Positions 37,536-48,834 of a DNA stretch of 64,000 nt are shown piece by piece. The translations under genes were made by a program, and so were the position numbers. Origin of the DNA: a bacterium (GTDB taxonomy: Bacteria > Zhuqueibacterota > Zhuqueibacteria > Residuimicrobiales > Krinioviventaceae); contig OY843751.1 of NCBI GenBank assembly GCA_963693055.1, positions 4,576,001-4,640,000 on the forward strand, in the 5' to 3' direction. Position 1 is the stretch's first letter; every line of letters begins with the position of its first letter. The notes under the pieces are model-generated. The model worked only from the letters and a program-made list of their open reading frames with translations, was not told the origin of the DNA and searched no databases.

Positions 37536-39767
37536 CTATTTAAGCAAGAGCATTCTACCTGTCTGTGTTTCTTTATTACCATTTGTAAAAGCAGCAGAAA
37601 TTTTGTAAAAATAAACACCGCTCTGTACGATTACACCCTGCTTATTCATACCATTCCATTTAATCGATTGGTTTCCACTAACAACACTGTTACTCTGTGC
37701 CTGGTAAATTTCTTGTCCCAACATATTATAAACAGAGACAGAAACCTGTGCCGGCTGGCTGAGCGCAAAATGAATTGATGTTTCAGGATTAAAAGGATTG
37801 GGATAATTCCCTTGCAATTCAAAGTTGGTTGCAATATTGCCATTGGAACCTTCATCTGCCACAAATGTGGCGTCATTCACTTTTTTCAATGACAAATTGC
37901 AGATTTTTGATGGTGCCAAAAGGCTTATCGCGTTGCTTGCTACATTATATTGGACCCGGTTCGCAATCACTGTCAGAGTTCCTTTTTCAAGGCCTTCTAT
38001 CCAATACTGTCCCTGGTTATTGGTAAAATCAAATCCAACGGTTTTGCCATTACTATTCTTAACGGATACCAGAACACCACCCAATTCAGCACCATCTTCA
38101 GACACAACACTTCCCATTACTTTACCTGAACTACTGTCTGCAGCAAAAGATGTTAATGTAGCATCAATATTGTTAAGAGATTGTGACAGGTACAGTGCCT
38201 GTGCCTGTTCCCAGTTTTCCACATCATTATAAAATTCAGGGACATAATTTGCTGCGTAAAACTGAATAACATACTTGCCTTCATACAAGTTTGTTAATTC
38301 ATATTTTCCTTCAGAATCTGTTCGAGTTGAAATCACATTCACATCATTAGAATGATAGGCAGAAATTACCGCGCCACTAATTGCTTTTCCTGCTTCCGAA
38401 AGAACAATACCACTTATGGTATTGGTAGAGACTTTTGGTAACGGAGACAAAGAAAAATCAATATTCTCAAATACTGTTTTTTCACCAGGAATTAAAGGAT
38501 CAGCAAGGTAATATTCATTTTTGTTATTGTTAAATTCTTTAAAATATCCTGAAGAAAATGCCGAGATAATAATCTCTGTTAATGGGCTCTTGACATCTTT
38601 TAGTTCAAAGCTATAATTACCATTTGCGTCAGCTGTTGTCTTTTCAGAATAACTGACAGAGTCAGAGCTGTAAAATGATTGTTTAAAGAACAATTCCACA
38701 GTTGCGGCAGCAAGTGCATTTCCCTGGTCATCTGTAACCTTGCCGCTTATTGTTACTTTTGAAATAACTTTTGGTGCAGGAACAGAAAAATCTATATCCG
38801 ACACGGCTTGATCTGTGCTAACTTTGACTAATTTTGCTGCTGCTATATCTTTAGCACCCTCATAATACTCTGCAAAAAATGGAACATCGCTGTCTGAATA
38901 TTGACACATTACAATATATTCACCCGGAGCAACAGACAATTTATATTTCCCATCTACACCTGTCTCAACTTTGGCGTTTTTATAAAATGCATAACCTGTA
39001 TCAGGATCAATTGTAATAAATTCAATAGAGGCACCAACTACTGGTGTGCTTCCATCTCCAAATAAAACCGATCCCGTTATATAACCTTTAGAAATCTCAT
39101 CAGCAGTATAAACAATATCACTGGCTGTTGCTTCCGCATTCGCAAAAACTTGAATCAGTTCATCATTTTCTTTGCTGCCACCAATGGGATGTGAACTGGC
39201 AATATGATATTTACCAGCCATTATCTTTTGAAATGCATAATGCCCGTTAGCATCAGTTGTGGTAAAATAACTAAAAGTGTGTGACTTGTTTTCATCCGAA
39301 TTAACCGTATCGTTTGAATAAGCTTCAACCTCCAGGCCTTCAAGAGGCTGACCAGTATCTGTTTTTACGTACCCGGATAAACCTCCGTTCTCTGATAGAA
39401 CATAAACAAATTCAATCACAACATCCTGTATTTCATTGTTTTGCTCAACATTAATCGGACCGGTCAATTTGCTCCATACATTCATAACAGGCCGGGTTTC
39501 TATTACTGTTTGAGCATCAACATAATACGTTCCGCCTTGCAGATTGTCAAAACTAAATTGACCATTTTCATCACTAGTCCCAGAGTAAAATAACGTATCA
39601 GATGTGCTGGATGCCACACCGTACAGATTTACATTTGCGTTTGTTACATTTTGGTTCTTATCATCAATTACAACTCCACTCAGCTTTGCGGCATATACAT
39701 TTGAAAAAATAAATGCCAGAATCAATGTTAATAATAGAATACGTCTTGTTTGCATAATATGCTCCAT
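37536..39767 (-). CDS. Secreted protein with carboxypeptidase-regulatory-like repeats and C-terminal sorting tail
   Basis: Repeated ISGxV...TDxxGxY motifs, EFY motifs, GNYPNPFNPET tail with WNG..SGVYFY. Confidence 0.85.
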   Translation of the reverse strand: MEHIMQTRRILLLTLILAFIFSNVYAAKLSGVVIDDKNQNVTNANVNLYGVASSTSDTLFYSGTSDENGQFSFDNLQGGTYYVDAQTVIETRPVMNVWSKLTGPINVEQNNEIQDVVIEFVYVLSENGGLSGYVKTDTGQPLEGLEVEAYSNDTVNSDENKSHTFSYFTTTDANGHYAFQKIMAGKYHIASSHPIGGSKENDELIQVFANAEATASDIVYTADEISKGYITGSVLFGDGSTPVVGASIEFITIDPDTGYAFYKNAKVETGVDGKYKLSVAPGEYIVMCQYSDSDVPFFAEYYEGAKDIAAAKLVKVSTDQAVSDIDFSVPAPKVISKVTISGKVTDDQGNALAAATVELFFKQSFYSSDSVSYSEKTTADANGNYSFELKDVKSPLTEIIISAFSSGYFKEFNNNKNEYYLADPLIPGEKTVFENIDFSLSPLPKVSTNTISGIVLSEAGKAISGAVISAYHSNDVNVISTRTDSEGKYELTNLYEGKYVIQFYAANYVPEFYNDVENWEQAQALYLSQSLNNIDATLTSFAADSSSGKVMGSVVSEDGAELGGVLVSVKNSNGKTVGFDFTNNQGQYWIEGLEKGTLTVIANRVQYNVASNAISLLAPSKICNLSLKKVNDATFVADEGSNGNIATNFELQGNYPNPFNPETSIHFALSQPAQVSVSVYNMLGQEIYQAQSNSVVSGNQSIKWNGMNKQGVIVQSGVYFYKISAAFTNGNKETQTGRMLLLK

Positions 39768-40114
39768 AATTAATTCAATTAAAATTTAATAAAACATGAA
39801 TTCATTTTTTTCACAACATTCAACACAAATTATCCAGGGGATTTTGGGCTTTTGAAACGGTTGCTATGTTCCAACCCAAATCACAACCTATTCCCCGCTT
39901 ACATAAAAAGAACAATCTATATCAGGTCGACCTGTATGTTGAACAATGCTATGTAGATTTTTGCAGTACTTTCCTCCTTTTGTTAATTAGTGTGTTTTGG
40001 ATTTCTGATTATTACTACAAACAAAACGGAAAAAACCCTATCTGCAGGTAAATTATAATTGAAAATAATCCATCTATTCAACCATCATTTTTTCGATCCC
40101 TTTTAAAAAAGCCC

Positions 40115-40149
40115 TTGACCTGTCTAATACTTTATAGCTTATATTAGAC
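40115..40149 (+). promoter_or_regulatory. MerR-type promoter with 19-bp spacer
   Basis: TTGACC (40115-40120), 19 bp, TATATT (40140-40145); inverted repeat gtctaata/tattagac (40122-40149); upstream of MFS-merR. Confidence 0.7.
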
Positions 40150-40169
40150 TGATAAAAAAAGAGGAGAAT

Positions 40170-41438
40170 ATGAAAAAGCTATTAAACCGAAATTTTGTGC
40201 TCTTGTGGCAGGGACAGCTCGTAAGCAAGACCGGAACATTTTTATTTGAAATTGCATTGGTATTGTGGATCAAAAACCATACAAACAGCGCGGGTCTGAT
40301 GTCATTAATACTCATTGCCAGTACTATACCTGCAATTTTATTGGCCCCAATCGGCGGGACGTTTAGTGACATTTACTCCCGTAAAAACATCATTATTTTA
40401 TCAGATATCATCAGTGGATTATTAATCATCGTAACTACCCTGATTTTATCCTCAAACAGTTTATCCATCTTTATAAAATTAACAGCGCTGTTCATCTTGT
40501 CTTTAGGCTTAGGTGTGTGCACAGCTTTCTTCCAACCGGCAGTATCTGCTGTTATTCCTCAACTTTCCCCCGCAAAAAAACTAAACGCTGCAAATTCTTT
40601 ATTTCAGGCTACGTCACAATTATCCATGATTATTGGTCAGGGCATTGGCGGATTGCTCTTTGTAAAACTGGGTGCGATATTATTATTCTTTGTGAATGGT
40701 GCAAGTTTCATCTTTTCAGGATTTTCAGAACTGTTTATTAAAATACCCAAAACTAACCATCAATCTAAAATAAACTGGAAAAAATCACCAAGTCAATTCG
40801 TCTCAAACATGCAAAGCGGATTTAAATATTGCCGTTCTCAACAGGGTCTGTTGTATCTGCTGACTATTATTGGTATTTATCACTTTTTTCTCGCTCCTCT
40901 ACCTGTTCTGCTGCCATTTTGGATTTCTGACACGTTGGGTTTGGGCCAGGAGTGGTTGGGGTATTTGATGGCCAGTTTTGCTATAGGTATTCTGACAGGA
41001 TTCACTCTGGCAGGTGTATTAGACTTTTCAACGCTGCCAATTACCCGTCTTATCTCTCTATTATTTTTGTCTTCATCCGTTTTGTTTATTATATTGGGAA
41101 TATCAGGCTCTTTTATATCCAGTGCAATCTGTCTCGCCAGTTTGGGAACAATAATCGGGGTTGTTGTTGTTGTTCATATTACATTTCTACAACAAAAAGC
41201 ACATCCCGAATTTCACGGACGGGTTTTTGGTATTTTAAATACAGTTACGAATGCATCTGTACCAATAGGACTGGGTTTCTATGGATTGCTACTGGATTTA
41301 TTAATCAATTCAGCACTGCAAGTTGATCCGGTAAGGCTCATATTTATATCAAACGGAATAGCAATTTTTATAATTATCTTAGTAATGCTGATAAAAGTAA
41401 ATTTGGATTTTGTTTTTGCACCAACTCCCCAGGAGTAA
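40170..41438 (+). CDS. MFS transporter (macrolide-efflux/DHA3-like)
   Basis: NRNFVLLWQGQLVS, GGTFSDIYSRKNII, FFQPA, GRVFG; about 12 TM. Confidence 0.9.
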   Translation: MKKLLNRNFVLLWQGQLVSKTGTFLFEIALVLWIKNHTNSAGLMSLILIASTIPAILLAPIGGTFSDIYSRKNIIILSDIISGLLIIVTTLILSSNSLSIFIKLTALFILSLGLGVCTAFFQPAVSAVIPQLSPAKKLNAANSLFQATSQLSMIIGQGIGGLLFVKLGAILLFFVNGASFIFSGFSELFIKIPKTNHQSKINWKKSPSQFVSNMQSGFKYCRSQQGLLYLLTIIGIYHFFLAPLPVLLPFWISDTLGLGQEWLGYLMASFAIGILTGFTLAGVLDFSTLPITRLISLLFLSSSVLFIILGISGSFISSAICLASLGTIIGVVVVVHITFLQQKAHPEFHGRVFGILNTVTNASVPIGLGFYGLLLDLLINSALQVDPVRLIFISNGIAIFIIILVMLIKVNLDFVFAPTPQE

Positions 41439-41444
41439 TTAAAA

Positions 41445-41978
41445 ATGGCAGTATATACCATTAGCAAAATCGCTAAAGAATTCGGACTTTCCCGAACGAC
41501 ATTGATTTATTATGATTCAATTGGACTTTTAAAACCCGCCCGGTCAGAAAAAAAGTACAGAATCTATTCCGAATCAGATAAAAAACGCCTGGAGCACATT
41601 TGCACATATCGCGATATGGGGCTGCCTTTGAAAGAAATCCAGATCCTGTTGTCGGAAAGCGATACACAATTCATCAATATTTTAGAAAACCACCTTTCTG
41701 TGCTGTCTGATAAAATCAGACAGCTACGGAAACAGCAGCATTCTATCGTAAAATTATTACAGGACAAATCGTTACTGAAACATACCGGCGTAATGGACAA
41801 AGAAACCTGGGTGTCGATTCTAAGAGCATCCGGGATGAGTGACAAAGATATGGACAACTGGCACAGGGCGTTTGAATTACAGTCACCTCAGGCCCATCAA
41901 GAATTCCTTATTTCACTGGGATTGGGAAAAGCCGAGATCGAACTTATCCGTCGTGACGCGCGTAATGAACTGGAATGA
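41445..41978 (+). CDS. MerR-family transcriptional regulator
   Basis: YTISKIAKEFGLSRTTLIYYDSIGLLKP...YRIYS; C-terminal WHRAFE...HQEFLISLG. Confidence 0.92.
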   Translation: MAVYTISKIAKEFGLSRTTLIYYDSIGLLKPARSEKKYRIYSESDKKRLEHICTYRDMGLPLKEIQILLSESDTQFINILENHLSVLSDKIRQLRKQQHSIVKLLQDKSLLKHTGVMDKETWVSILRASGMSDKDMDNWHRAFELQSPQAHQEFLISLGLGKAEIELIRRDARNELE

Positions 41979-42060
41979 AAAATCATTATCATTTGCAATT
42001 AAAGATTAATATTGTATTATATAGAGATAACAGATTGTACTCATCACTAAAGTGTAAATT

Positions 42061-42246
42061 ATGAGAGATAAAAATCCCAATTATAAAGGCATGTACATTC
42101 TGGGCTTGGCATTATTGGCTTTGGGCTCAAGTTTCATTGCCATTTTTGATGGCAAGCCCACCGGCCCCGTATTTATTGCAATTGGTGGTTTATTTTTGAT
42201 AATCAGCATAAAACATAAAAAAGAATGGCAGAATAAATCCAAATAA
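42061..42246 (+). CDS. Small two-TM membrane protein
   Basis: 61 aa, two hydrophobic segments, basic tail. Confidence 0.55.
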   Translation: MRDKNPNYKGMYILGLALLALGSSFIAIFDGKPTGPVFIAIGGLFLIISIKHKKEWQNKSK

Positions 42247-42372
42247 CAAACCTCTTTGCAGCAAATGATCCTGCTATTCTTTAAACAAACCTAAATCCTT
42301 GTTTGCATTTGAGATAAATTCAGACTATCTTTTACCACAGACTGGTTATCACTCCCAACAGCAGGACGTATA

Positions 42373-42780
42373 ATGAAATACTATCGCTACCTCTTTCTTT
42401 TCTACTTTATTGCGCACTTGATGAATGAAATGATTTTTGAATACTTGCCCAATGCAAAAGCCTGGGATCCCAATACAATTCTATATCTGATATTTCTACC
42501 CATCATATTGGCCATCATACTCTCAATCATTTATTTTCTTGAGAAATTCTCTTTCAAACAATATTTAATAGGACTGTTATGTTCCATATTGGGTATTATT
42601 GTGGCAACTATCGTAGCGCTCTTTTTTAACTATATACTGACAGCAGAAAAAAGTTATTACTTTGGAGAACAAATCCCCTGGCTCATAATGTTTTTAATGA
42701 TCGAGTGTGTTATCATTCTTATCTCCACTACAATCCTGTTCCCACTATTCTTTTGGCTTGTTAGAAAAATCAAAAAATAA
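42373..42780 (+). CDS. Hypothetical membrane protein
   Basis: 135 aa, about 4 TM, AGGA RBS. Confidence 0.6.
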   Translation: MKYYRYLFLFYFIAHLMNEMIFEYLPNAKAWDPNTILYLIFLPIILAIILSIIYFLEKFSFKQYLIGLLCSILGIIVATIVALFFNYILTAEKSYYFGEQIPWLIMFLMIECVIILISTTILFPLFFWLVRKIKK

Positions 42781-42941
42781 ATTATTACACTATACCCCAA
42801 GCGACAGTCAATTCCTATCCTACTTACGGATTATACCTTTGCACAATCCACCGAAAAGCACCAATGCCTTAAAAAAACAGTAACCATTGATCAAAAATAT
42901 TTGTATTTTTCATAAACATTCAAAATTCCGGATACAATTTT

Positions 42942-44501
42942 ATGAATATACTGTACGTGCCCATGTTGATATCGGGTATACTGTGTACCTTGTTATCAAT
43001 TATCACTTGGTTGTTTCGTCACCGTGAAAAAATAAACCGTGTCTTTTCCTTTTTCACACTTACCCTGGCAATTGACAGCTTTGCATTCTTTGCATGGTTC
43101 CAGTACGGACATGTTGAGCAAATCAAAAGCTGGATGCGTTTCACATTCACAGCTGGCTTTCTCGTCCCAATTGCCCTGGTAATATTTTTTTATGCGTTTA
43201 CCGGTTATGACAAAAAACCAAACGATACTGTTCTCAAGATCAAAACCGGACTATTTAAAAAAATTGCCATAGGTTTTATCATTCTGAACATGGTGCTTTC
43301 ACAATTAACAGAACTTGTCATAAAAATATCAGACAACCCCCAACACATTTGGGATGTTGAATTTGGCCAAGTAGGAGAATCTCTTTTTACACTTTTTGGG
43401 TTTATCTTTATCTACTTGTTTGCCATGGCAGTTAAAAGCTTTAAAACAGCAAAGGAAAAATCACAAAAACGCTTCATCATACTTATTTCAGCAGGCACTT
43501 TGGTGTGGCTGCTATTTGGGTATATTGGAGCAGCAATTTTCCCGGCCGAGAATGTAATGTGGCAGGGTACAAACTATCTCGGCACAGCGCTCATGGCTGT
43601 ATTCTTTTTCGTGGCAATACTGAACCACCAGATTGAAAAGGTCTATGAACTAAACATCAATCTCGAACATAAAGTGGATGACCGCACCCGTGAACTGCAA
43701 CAAAAAAATCTCGAACTTGAAGATACACTCTTGAAACTCAACCAGATGCAAAAACAGGTCATAGTGCAGGAAAAAATGGCCTCCCTGGGTCAGTTGGTTG
43801 CAGGGTTGACCCACGAACTTAACACACCCATCAGTGCTATCCGCAGTATGAACGATACAAAAGCCAAAGCTGCCGCCAAACTAGTGAACCAGTTACAATC
43901 CCTTGTTAATATTGAAAACAATCCCGAGATTGGCAAAATGATCCAAATTCTTTTGGATGCGGACAATTTGATTACCCAGGGTACCAACCGGTTAAGTGAG
44001 ATTGTTAACAATCTGAAAAATTTTGTCAGACTCGACGAATCAGAAATGATGAAAGCAGACATACATGAAGGATTGAACAGCATACTTTTACTCACCAAAC
44101 ACGATATGCTCAACAATATTAATGTTATCAAAACTTATGGTAATATACCCGAATTTTACTGTAATCCCCGCAAATTGAACCAGGTCTTTTTCAACCTCAT
44201 CAAAAACGCAAGTCAGGCCATTGATGGTACAGGAACAATCACTATCACTACCTCCCTTCAGAATAATAACATTCACATCTCTATTCGGGATACTGGAAAA
44301 GGCATTGAACCGGAAAAAATCGATTCTATTTTTGATCCCGGATTTTCAACCAAAGATGCCACTGTCAGAGCAAGCCTGGGTTTATCCATATCCTCTCAAA
44401 TCGTACAGGAACACAAGGGAGAGATCAAAGTAGAGAGTCAACCGGGGAAGGGATCGGTTTTTACAGTTATACTGCCTATAGATTTAAGCAATAACAATTA
44501 A
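42942..44501 (+). CDS. Orphan sensor histidine kinase with N-terminal multi-TM domain
   Basis: About 7 TM, EKMASLGQLVAGLTHELNTP, NLIKNA, DTGKG, LGLSIS. Confidence 0.92.
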   Translation: MNILYVPMLISGILCTLLSIITWLFRHREKINRVFSFFTLTLAIDSFAFFAWFQYGHVEQIKSWMRFTFTAGFLVPIALVIFFYAFTGYDKKPNDTVLKIKTGLFKKIAIGFIILNMVLSQLTELVIKISDNPQHIWDVEFGQVGESLFTLFGFIFIYLFAMAVKSFKTAKEKSQKRFIILISAGTLVWLLFGYIGAAIFPAENVMWQGTNYLGTALMAVFFFVAILNHQIEKVYELNINLEHKVDDRTRELQQKNLELEDTLLKLNQMQKQVIVQEKMASLGQLVAGLTHELNTPISAIRSMNDTKAKAAAKLVNQLQSLVNIENNPEIGKMIQILLDADNLITQGTNRLSEIVNNLKNFVRLDESEMMKADIHEGLNSILLLTKHDMLNNINVIKTYGNIPEFYCNPRKLNQVFFNLIKNASQAIDGTGTITITTSLQNNNIHISIRDTGKGIEPEKIDSIFDPGFSTKDATVRASLGLSISSQIVQEHKGEIKVESQPGKGSVFTVILPIDLSNNN

Positions 44502-44630
44502 TGTTCATGCAAAAACTCTTGCAAATGTATTATTAGTATAATAAATTATACCGGGAACAAAACACTTGCTGTTGAAATTAAACAAACAGGAATCCACAAT
44601 TTATTATTTATCATAAAAATTGAGGGGGAA

Positions 44631-45263
44631 ATGAAAAGCAAAAACTATGTTACATTTTTTGGTATGCTAGTGCTTGTTTGTCAATTATACGCTGAATCTA
44701 ATCGGTTCTCAATGGGAATAAATCTAGGGGATTTATTTTCCAATTATGATCTTGGCAGCGAGATGGCAAACACACTGTACTCACAGATTCAGTACCCGGT
44801 ACTTTACATGTCCTTAACAGAGTCCAAAATCAAAATAGAACCTGAATTCAGTTATTGGAGATATTCTGATGATAGCAACAATGGCATGTACAAGTCTACG
44901 ATGCATTATTCTGTGATTCATTTAGGAATTGGCCTGTCTCCCATCATCTCGCAGACCCATAAAACGACAACCTATATAGGGGCAAAAATAGGATTAGACA
45001 AGCTTTACTTTGAGAATAAATCCAATTACAGTTATGGCTCCGAAACTTCCATCTCCAGCAGGACCGACTTGCTCATAGGGCCTTATTTGGGTATCGAATA
45101 TATGTTAAGAGACAAACTCAGCCTGGGGACTGAATTCCAAATAATGACAACCATACTCGGGAATGAAGACAATACAGGCAGCAGCAATGCAGAAAATTAC
45201 GACAACAAATCAGGATATTTTATAAATAGCGAAGCATTATTATTCTTGAAATGGCATTTTTAA
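44631..45263 (+). CDS. Outer-membrane beta-barrel protein
   Basis: Signal peptide, IEPEFSYW, GIEYML..KLSLGTEFQ, terminal LKWHF. Confidence 0.7.
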   Translation: MKSKNYVTFFGMLVLVCQLYAESNRFSMGINLGDLFSNYDLGSEMANTLYSQIQYPVLYMSLTESKIKIEPEFSYWRYSDDSNNGMYKSTMHYSVIHLGIGLSPIISQTHKTTTYIGAKIGLDKLYFENKSNYSYGSETSISSRTDLLIGPYLGIEYMLRDKLSLGTEFQIMTTILGNEDNTGSSNAENYDNKSGYFINSEALLFLKWHF

Positions 45264-45334
45264 AACTCAATAACCTGTTAAAATTCATTTGGTAATATAA
45301 CTATTAACAATATTTACAATATCATGAGGGTAAA

Positions 45335-45970
45335 ATGAAAAACATCACAATTGTTTTATTCGTGTTTTTAGCAGCAACACAATCTTTTGCAGAATCCAAT
45401 AAATATGCAGTGGGTATGAACCTCGTAGAACTCTTTCAAGAATTTGACTTCCCAAACCAGTATGAGAGTGAAATATATGACTATATCAAATTCCCGATTC
45501 TTTATGGAACAGTCATAACAAACAACTTTCGAATTGAGCCCGAATTCAGTTTCTGGAGATATTCTCACAAGGACGATTTTTCTTCTGAATCTTATTCTCA
45601 GGAAAACACCTTGTCAATTTTTCATCTGGGAATAGGTTTTTCAAAGATCCTCAAAAACAATGAAAAAAGTAATACTTATCTAGGAATCAAGTTGGGCATT
45701 AACAGCATGTCATCAACATCAAAGTTTAACGGTGAAGCAAGTAGTAATAAAACCGAAACCAAAAGGACCGATTTTTACACAGGGCCGGCATTGGGGACAG
45801 AATACTTTCTTACAGATCAACTAAGTCTGGGATCTGAATTTCAATTCCTGATAACATTTCTGGGTAAAGATAAAGTAGAGCAAAGTAACCAACAAACCAA
45901 CAACAGACCCGATGAATCCGGCTCATTATCAAAAAGCAAGTTACTATTATATTTACGCTTATATTTATAA
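45335..45970 (+). CDS. Outer-membrane beta-barrel protein (paralog of previous)
   Basis: Shares IEPEFSxWRYS, FHLGIG, LSLGSEFQ. Confidence 0.7.
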   Translation: MKNITIVLFVFLAATQSFAESNKYAVGMNLVELFQEFDFPNQYESEIYDYIKFPILYGTVITNNFRIEPEFSFWRYSHKDDFSSESYSQENTLSIFHLGIGFSKILKNNEKSNTYLGIKLGINSMSSTSKFNGEASSNKTETKRTDFYTGPALGTEYFLTDQLSLGSEFQFLITFLGKDKVEQSNQQTNNRPDESGSLSKSKLLLYLRLYL

Positions 45971-45994
45971 AGTTTTATTTTAGTATCAAGTCAC

Positions 45995-46038
45995 AATTAA
46001 TTGGCCGTATGGCTACTCCCATTCGGCCAATCTAATTG
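45995..46038. terminator. Stem-loop after the beta-barrel pair
   Basis: attggccgtatgg-ctactc-ccattcggccaat. Confidence 0.5.
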
Positions 46039-46280
46039 TATTTCTGTTATTCAAAACTTGAGTATAACTAAAGAGTAGACACAACTGGAAACAATTATTA
46101 TCTTTCAAGTAACATATAATATCTTTTGAAACCAAATGGGGTATCACCATATAAACTGATTTGTTCCTCATTATCAGTTCTCATAAGGTATTTGAATAAT
46201 TCTGCTGCAATTATCAACTTTCCCCCCAAAAAAGACTAAATTTTAATAAATTCATTACGATATATGTGTTATAGCTTGCA

Positions 46281-47627
46281 TTGTATTCAAAAGTATTAAA
46301 AAGGACCCAGCATATCATTCAATCACAAAACAATCCAAGAGGATATATTTTTAAAGCAGCCTTCAAGTTACATGCCAATAGATATTCCAGCCATTTAAAT
46401 GAATTGCAAGAGTACCATATAAATCCTGCAAAGATGGAGTCAAAAACTGCTAAAAAATTGACAGCCCTACTTGAACATGCTGTGCAAACTACGCCTTTTT
46501 ACACCCATTTTGGATTAAAACCAGAATTGAATCATTTTCCGGTTTTGACAAAATCGATCCTGAAAACACAGTATAACGATTTTATTTCGAACGCATTTAA
46601 TCAGGCCCATCTTGAAAAAACAAGCACCAGCGGATCCACAGGAACACCTTTTGTATTTTATATCACACCGAACAAATTATGGCGTCGCACTACAGAAATG
46701 CTGTTTTACAATCAAATTGCCGGATACCTGCCGGGCATGCCATTTGCCTAGGTTCGTACAGATAAATTCAGCAGGTTTTATAAATTCATCCACAATGCGG
46801 TAATCATTAATCCGTCATATATTAATCAGGAATGGCTAAAAAAACAGAGAGAACTGCTTATAACAAAAAAGACTGAATTCCTTGTCGGTTGGCCCAGCGT
46901 TTTATCTCAAATTGCCTCCTATTGTAATGCTAGAGGAGACAATCAAGATACCTTTCATCTTAAAGGTATTGTCACCAGTGCAGAACCATTAACCAGGCAG
47001 CTCAGAAGCCAGATATCAGCCGTTTTGTGTGGCAATCTATATGATAGATACGCTACACAGGAACTCGGTTTAGTAGCACATGAATGTAAAATCTGCAACA
47101 GTTACCACTTGAATACCGCTTCACATTATTTCGAATTCCTGAAACTCGACAATAATGAACCAGCAGAACCCAATGAACCCGCCAGATTGATTGTCACAGA
47201 TCTCTATTCCCATGCAATGCCGCTCATCCGATACGAGATTGGTGATATCGTTACACGTAACACCCAGACAGATAAATGCCCAGGCGCCTTGAAAGTAAAA
47301 AGCATTCAAGGATGCGTGAATGATGTTATCTATAATCCCAACGGTACCATTGTCAACTGGGCTGTTATTGAAGATATTTTAAAAACAGCAGACAATTTTA
47401 TCAGCGATGTGAGTCAATACCAGTTTGTTCAGGAATCTATAGATCAATACAGCTTAAAGGTTATCAGCAAAAATCACAGATCATCAAAAACAGATCTGGA
47501 AAACAAGTTACTGCACCTGTTAGGTCCGCAAGCCAAAGCCAGAATAGAGTTTGTTCAAACAATCCCCAAGCTTCCATCAGGCAAATGCCCGGTAGTGTTG
47601 AACCAGATGACACGCAAATTGGCCTGA
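46281..47627 (+). pseudogene. Phenylacetate-CoA ligase/CapK-like adenylate-forming protein interrupted by one in-frame TAG
   Basis: TSTSGSTGTP, SAEPL, YDRYATQELG, TDLYSHAMPLIRYEIGD; the two track ORFs are in one frame and the gap is open except for TAG at 46749-46751. Confidence 0.82.
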
Positions 47628-47801
47628 ACTATTCATCAAAATATCCCCTGTTTTCCCCTATAACCCGACACCCTGCACCAAGGCAGGAAAAAACATATTG
47701 CTTTTGTGAATGTATCTGTTAATATTGATAACGGTAACGATGCTAACTTTCCACAACGTATTACAATCCATACAGTATTCAATACAACCTCAGGAGTAAA
47801 A

Positions 47802-48617
47802 ATGAAAACCCGATTACTGCCAAATCAAATTTTCAAAATCCTATTTCCCCTCACAATTCTGGTTCTGCTGATATCTGTATTTATCGGTTGTGCGCCCCAG
47901 GAACCGGTTTCACAAAATGATTATTACCAGATCAAAGTCTACCAATTGAGCAGCCAAGCTCAAATGGATCAGATAGAAAGTTATTTAAAAAACGCTTATA
48001 TACCGGCCTTGCACCGCGCGGGAATCCCTCAAGTGGGCGTATTCAAACCTAGAGAACAAGAATCCGAAACCAGCATGCAAGTTTGGGTTTGGTTGCCTTT
48101 TCATTCTTTTGAACAGTTTGAAGGACTTGAACAGATACTGGCAAATGATTCCCAGTATCAAACAGATGGTGCGGATTATATCAATGCGGCTTATGACAAT
48201 CCGCCATATGACCGTATCGAAACTACATTTTTAAAAGCATTTGCCGGAATGCCGCACTATGGCAGTTTTAGCTATGACAACCCGGTTCAGGACAGAGTCT
48301 ATGAACTTCGAAGCTACGAGTCTGCAACCGAAAAAGCCCACATGCTCAAAGTAGACATGTTTAACAGTGGCGAGATTGATATTTTTAAAAACATCGGTGC
48401 CAATCCCCTCTTTTTTGCCAAGGTACTTTCAGGTGCAACCATGCCAAACCTGATGTACATGACAACCTATGCCGACACACTGGCTCGCAAAAACACCTGG
48501 AGCTCCTTTAGCAACCACCCGGATTGGAAAGCCATGAAACAAATAGACAAATACAAAAATACTGTTTCCAAACATGTTCACAATTATCTCTATCCCACAG
48601 AATACTCGGATATTTAA
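47802..48617 (+). CDS. NIPSNAP-family lipoprotein
   Basis: Start at CAGGAG-preceded ATG 47802; lipobox FIGC; RVYELRSYES, KVDMFN, MPNLMYM, LYPTEYSDI. Confidence 0.85.
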   Translation: MKTRLLPNQIFKILFPLTILVLLISVFIGCAPQEPVSQNDYYQIKVYQLSSQAQMDQIESYLKNAYIPALHRAGIPQVGVFKPREQESETSMQVWVWLPFHSFEQFEGLEQILANDSQYQTDGADYINAAYDNPPYDRIETTFLKAFAGMPHYGSFSYDNPVQDRVYELRSYESATEKAHMLKVDMFNSGEIDIFKNIGANPLFFAKVLSGATMPNLMYMTTYADTLARKNTWSSFSNHPDWKAMKQIDKYKNTVSKHVHNYLYPTEYSDI

Positions 48618-48625
48618 AATTTTTC

Positions 48626-48657
48626 CAGGCAGGGTAAATTTAAATCCCCTGCCTGTG
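48626..48657 (+). terminator. Stem-loop terminator
   Basis: caggcaggg-taaatttaaat-cccctgcctg. Confidence 0.55.
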
Positions 48658-48834
48658 TTCCATTTCATGTCTTAATAACACTCTTGTTACACTAATTTTC
48701 AAGATCCAATACAAAAAATCATTGCTTTTAAGGGTGTATCTATTAATTTAATAAATATTCAACACCAGCAAAATCTTTTCCATCATTTTATAAACCGGGT
48801 AACTTGCTTTTCAATTTTAACTTCAGGAGTAACA

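Noticed and set aside
46749-46751. Genome-wide TAG reassignment or pyrrolysine
   Set aside because: Several genes end at TAG exactly where their paralogs end; no pyl genes seen
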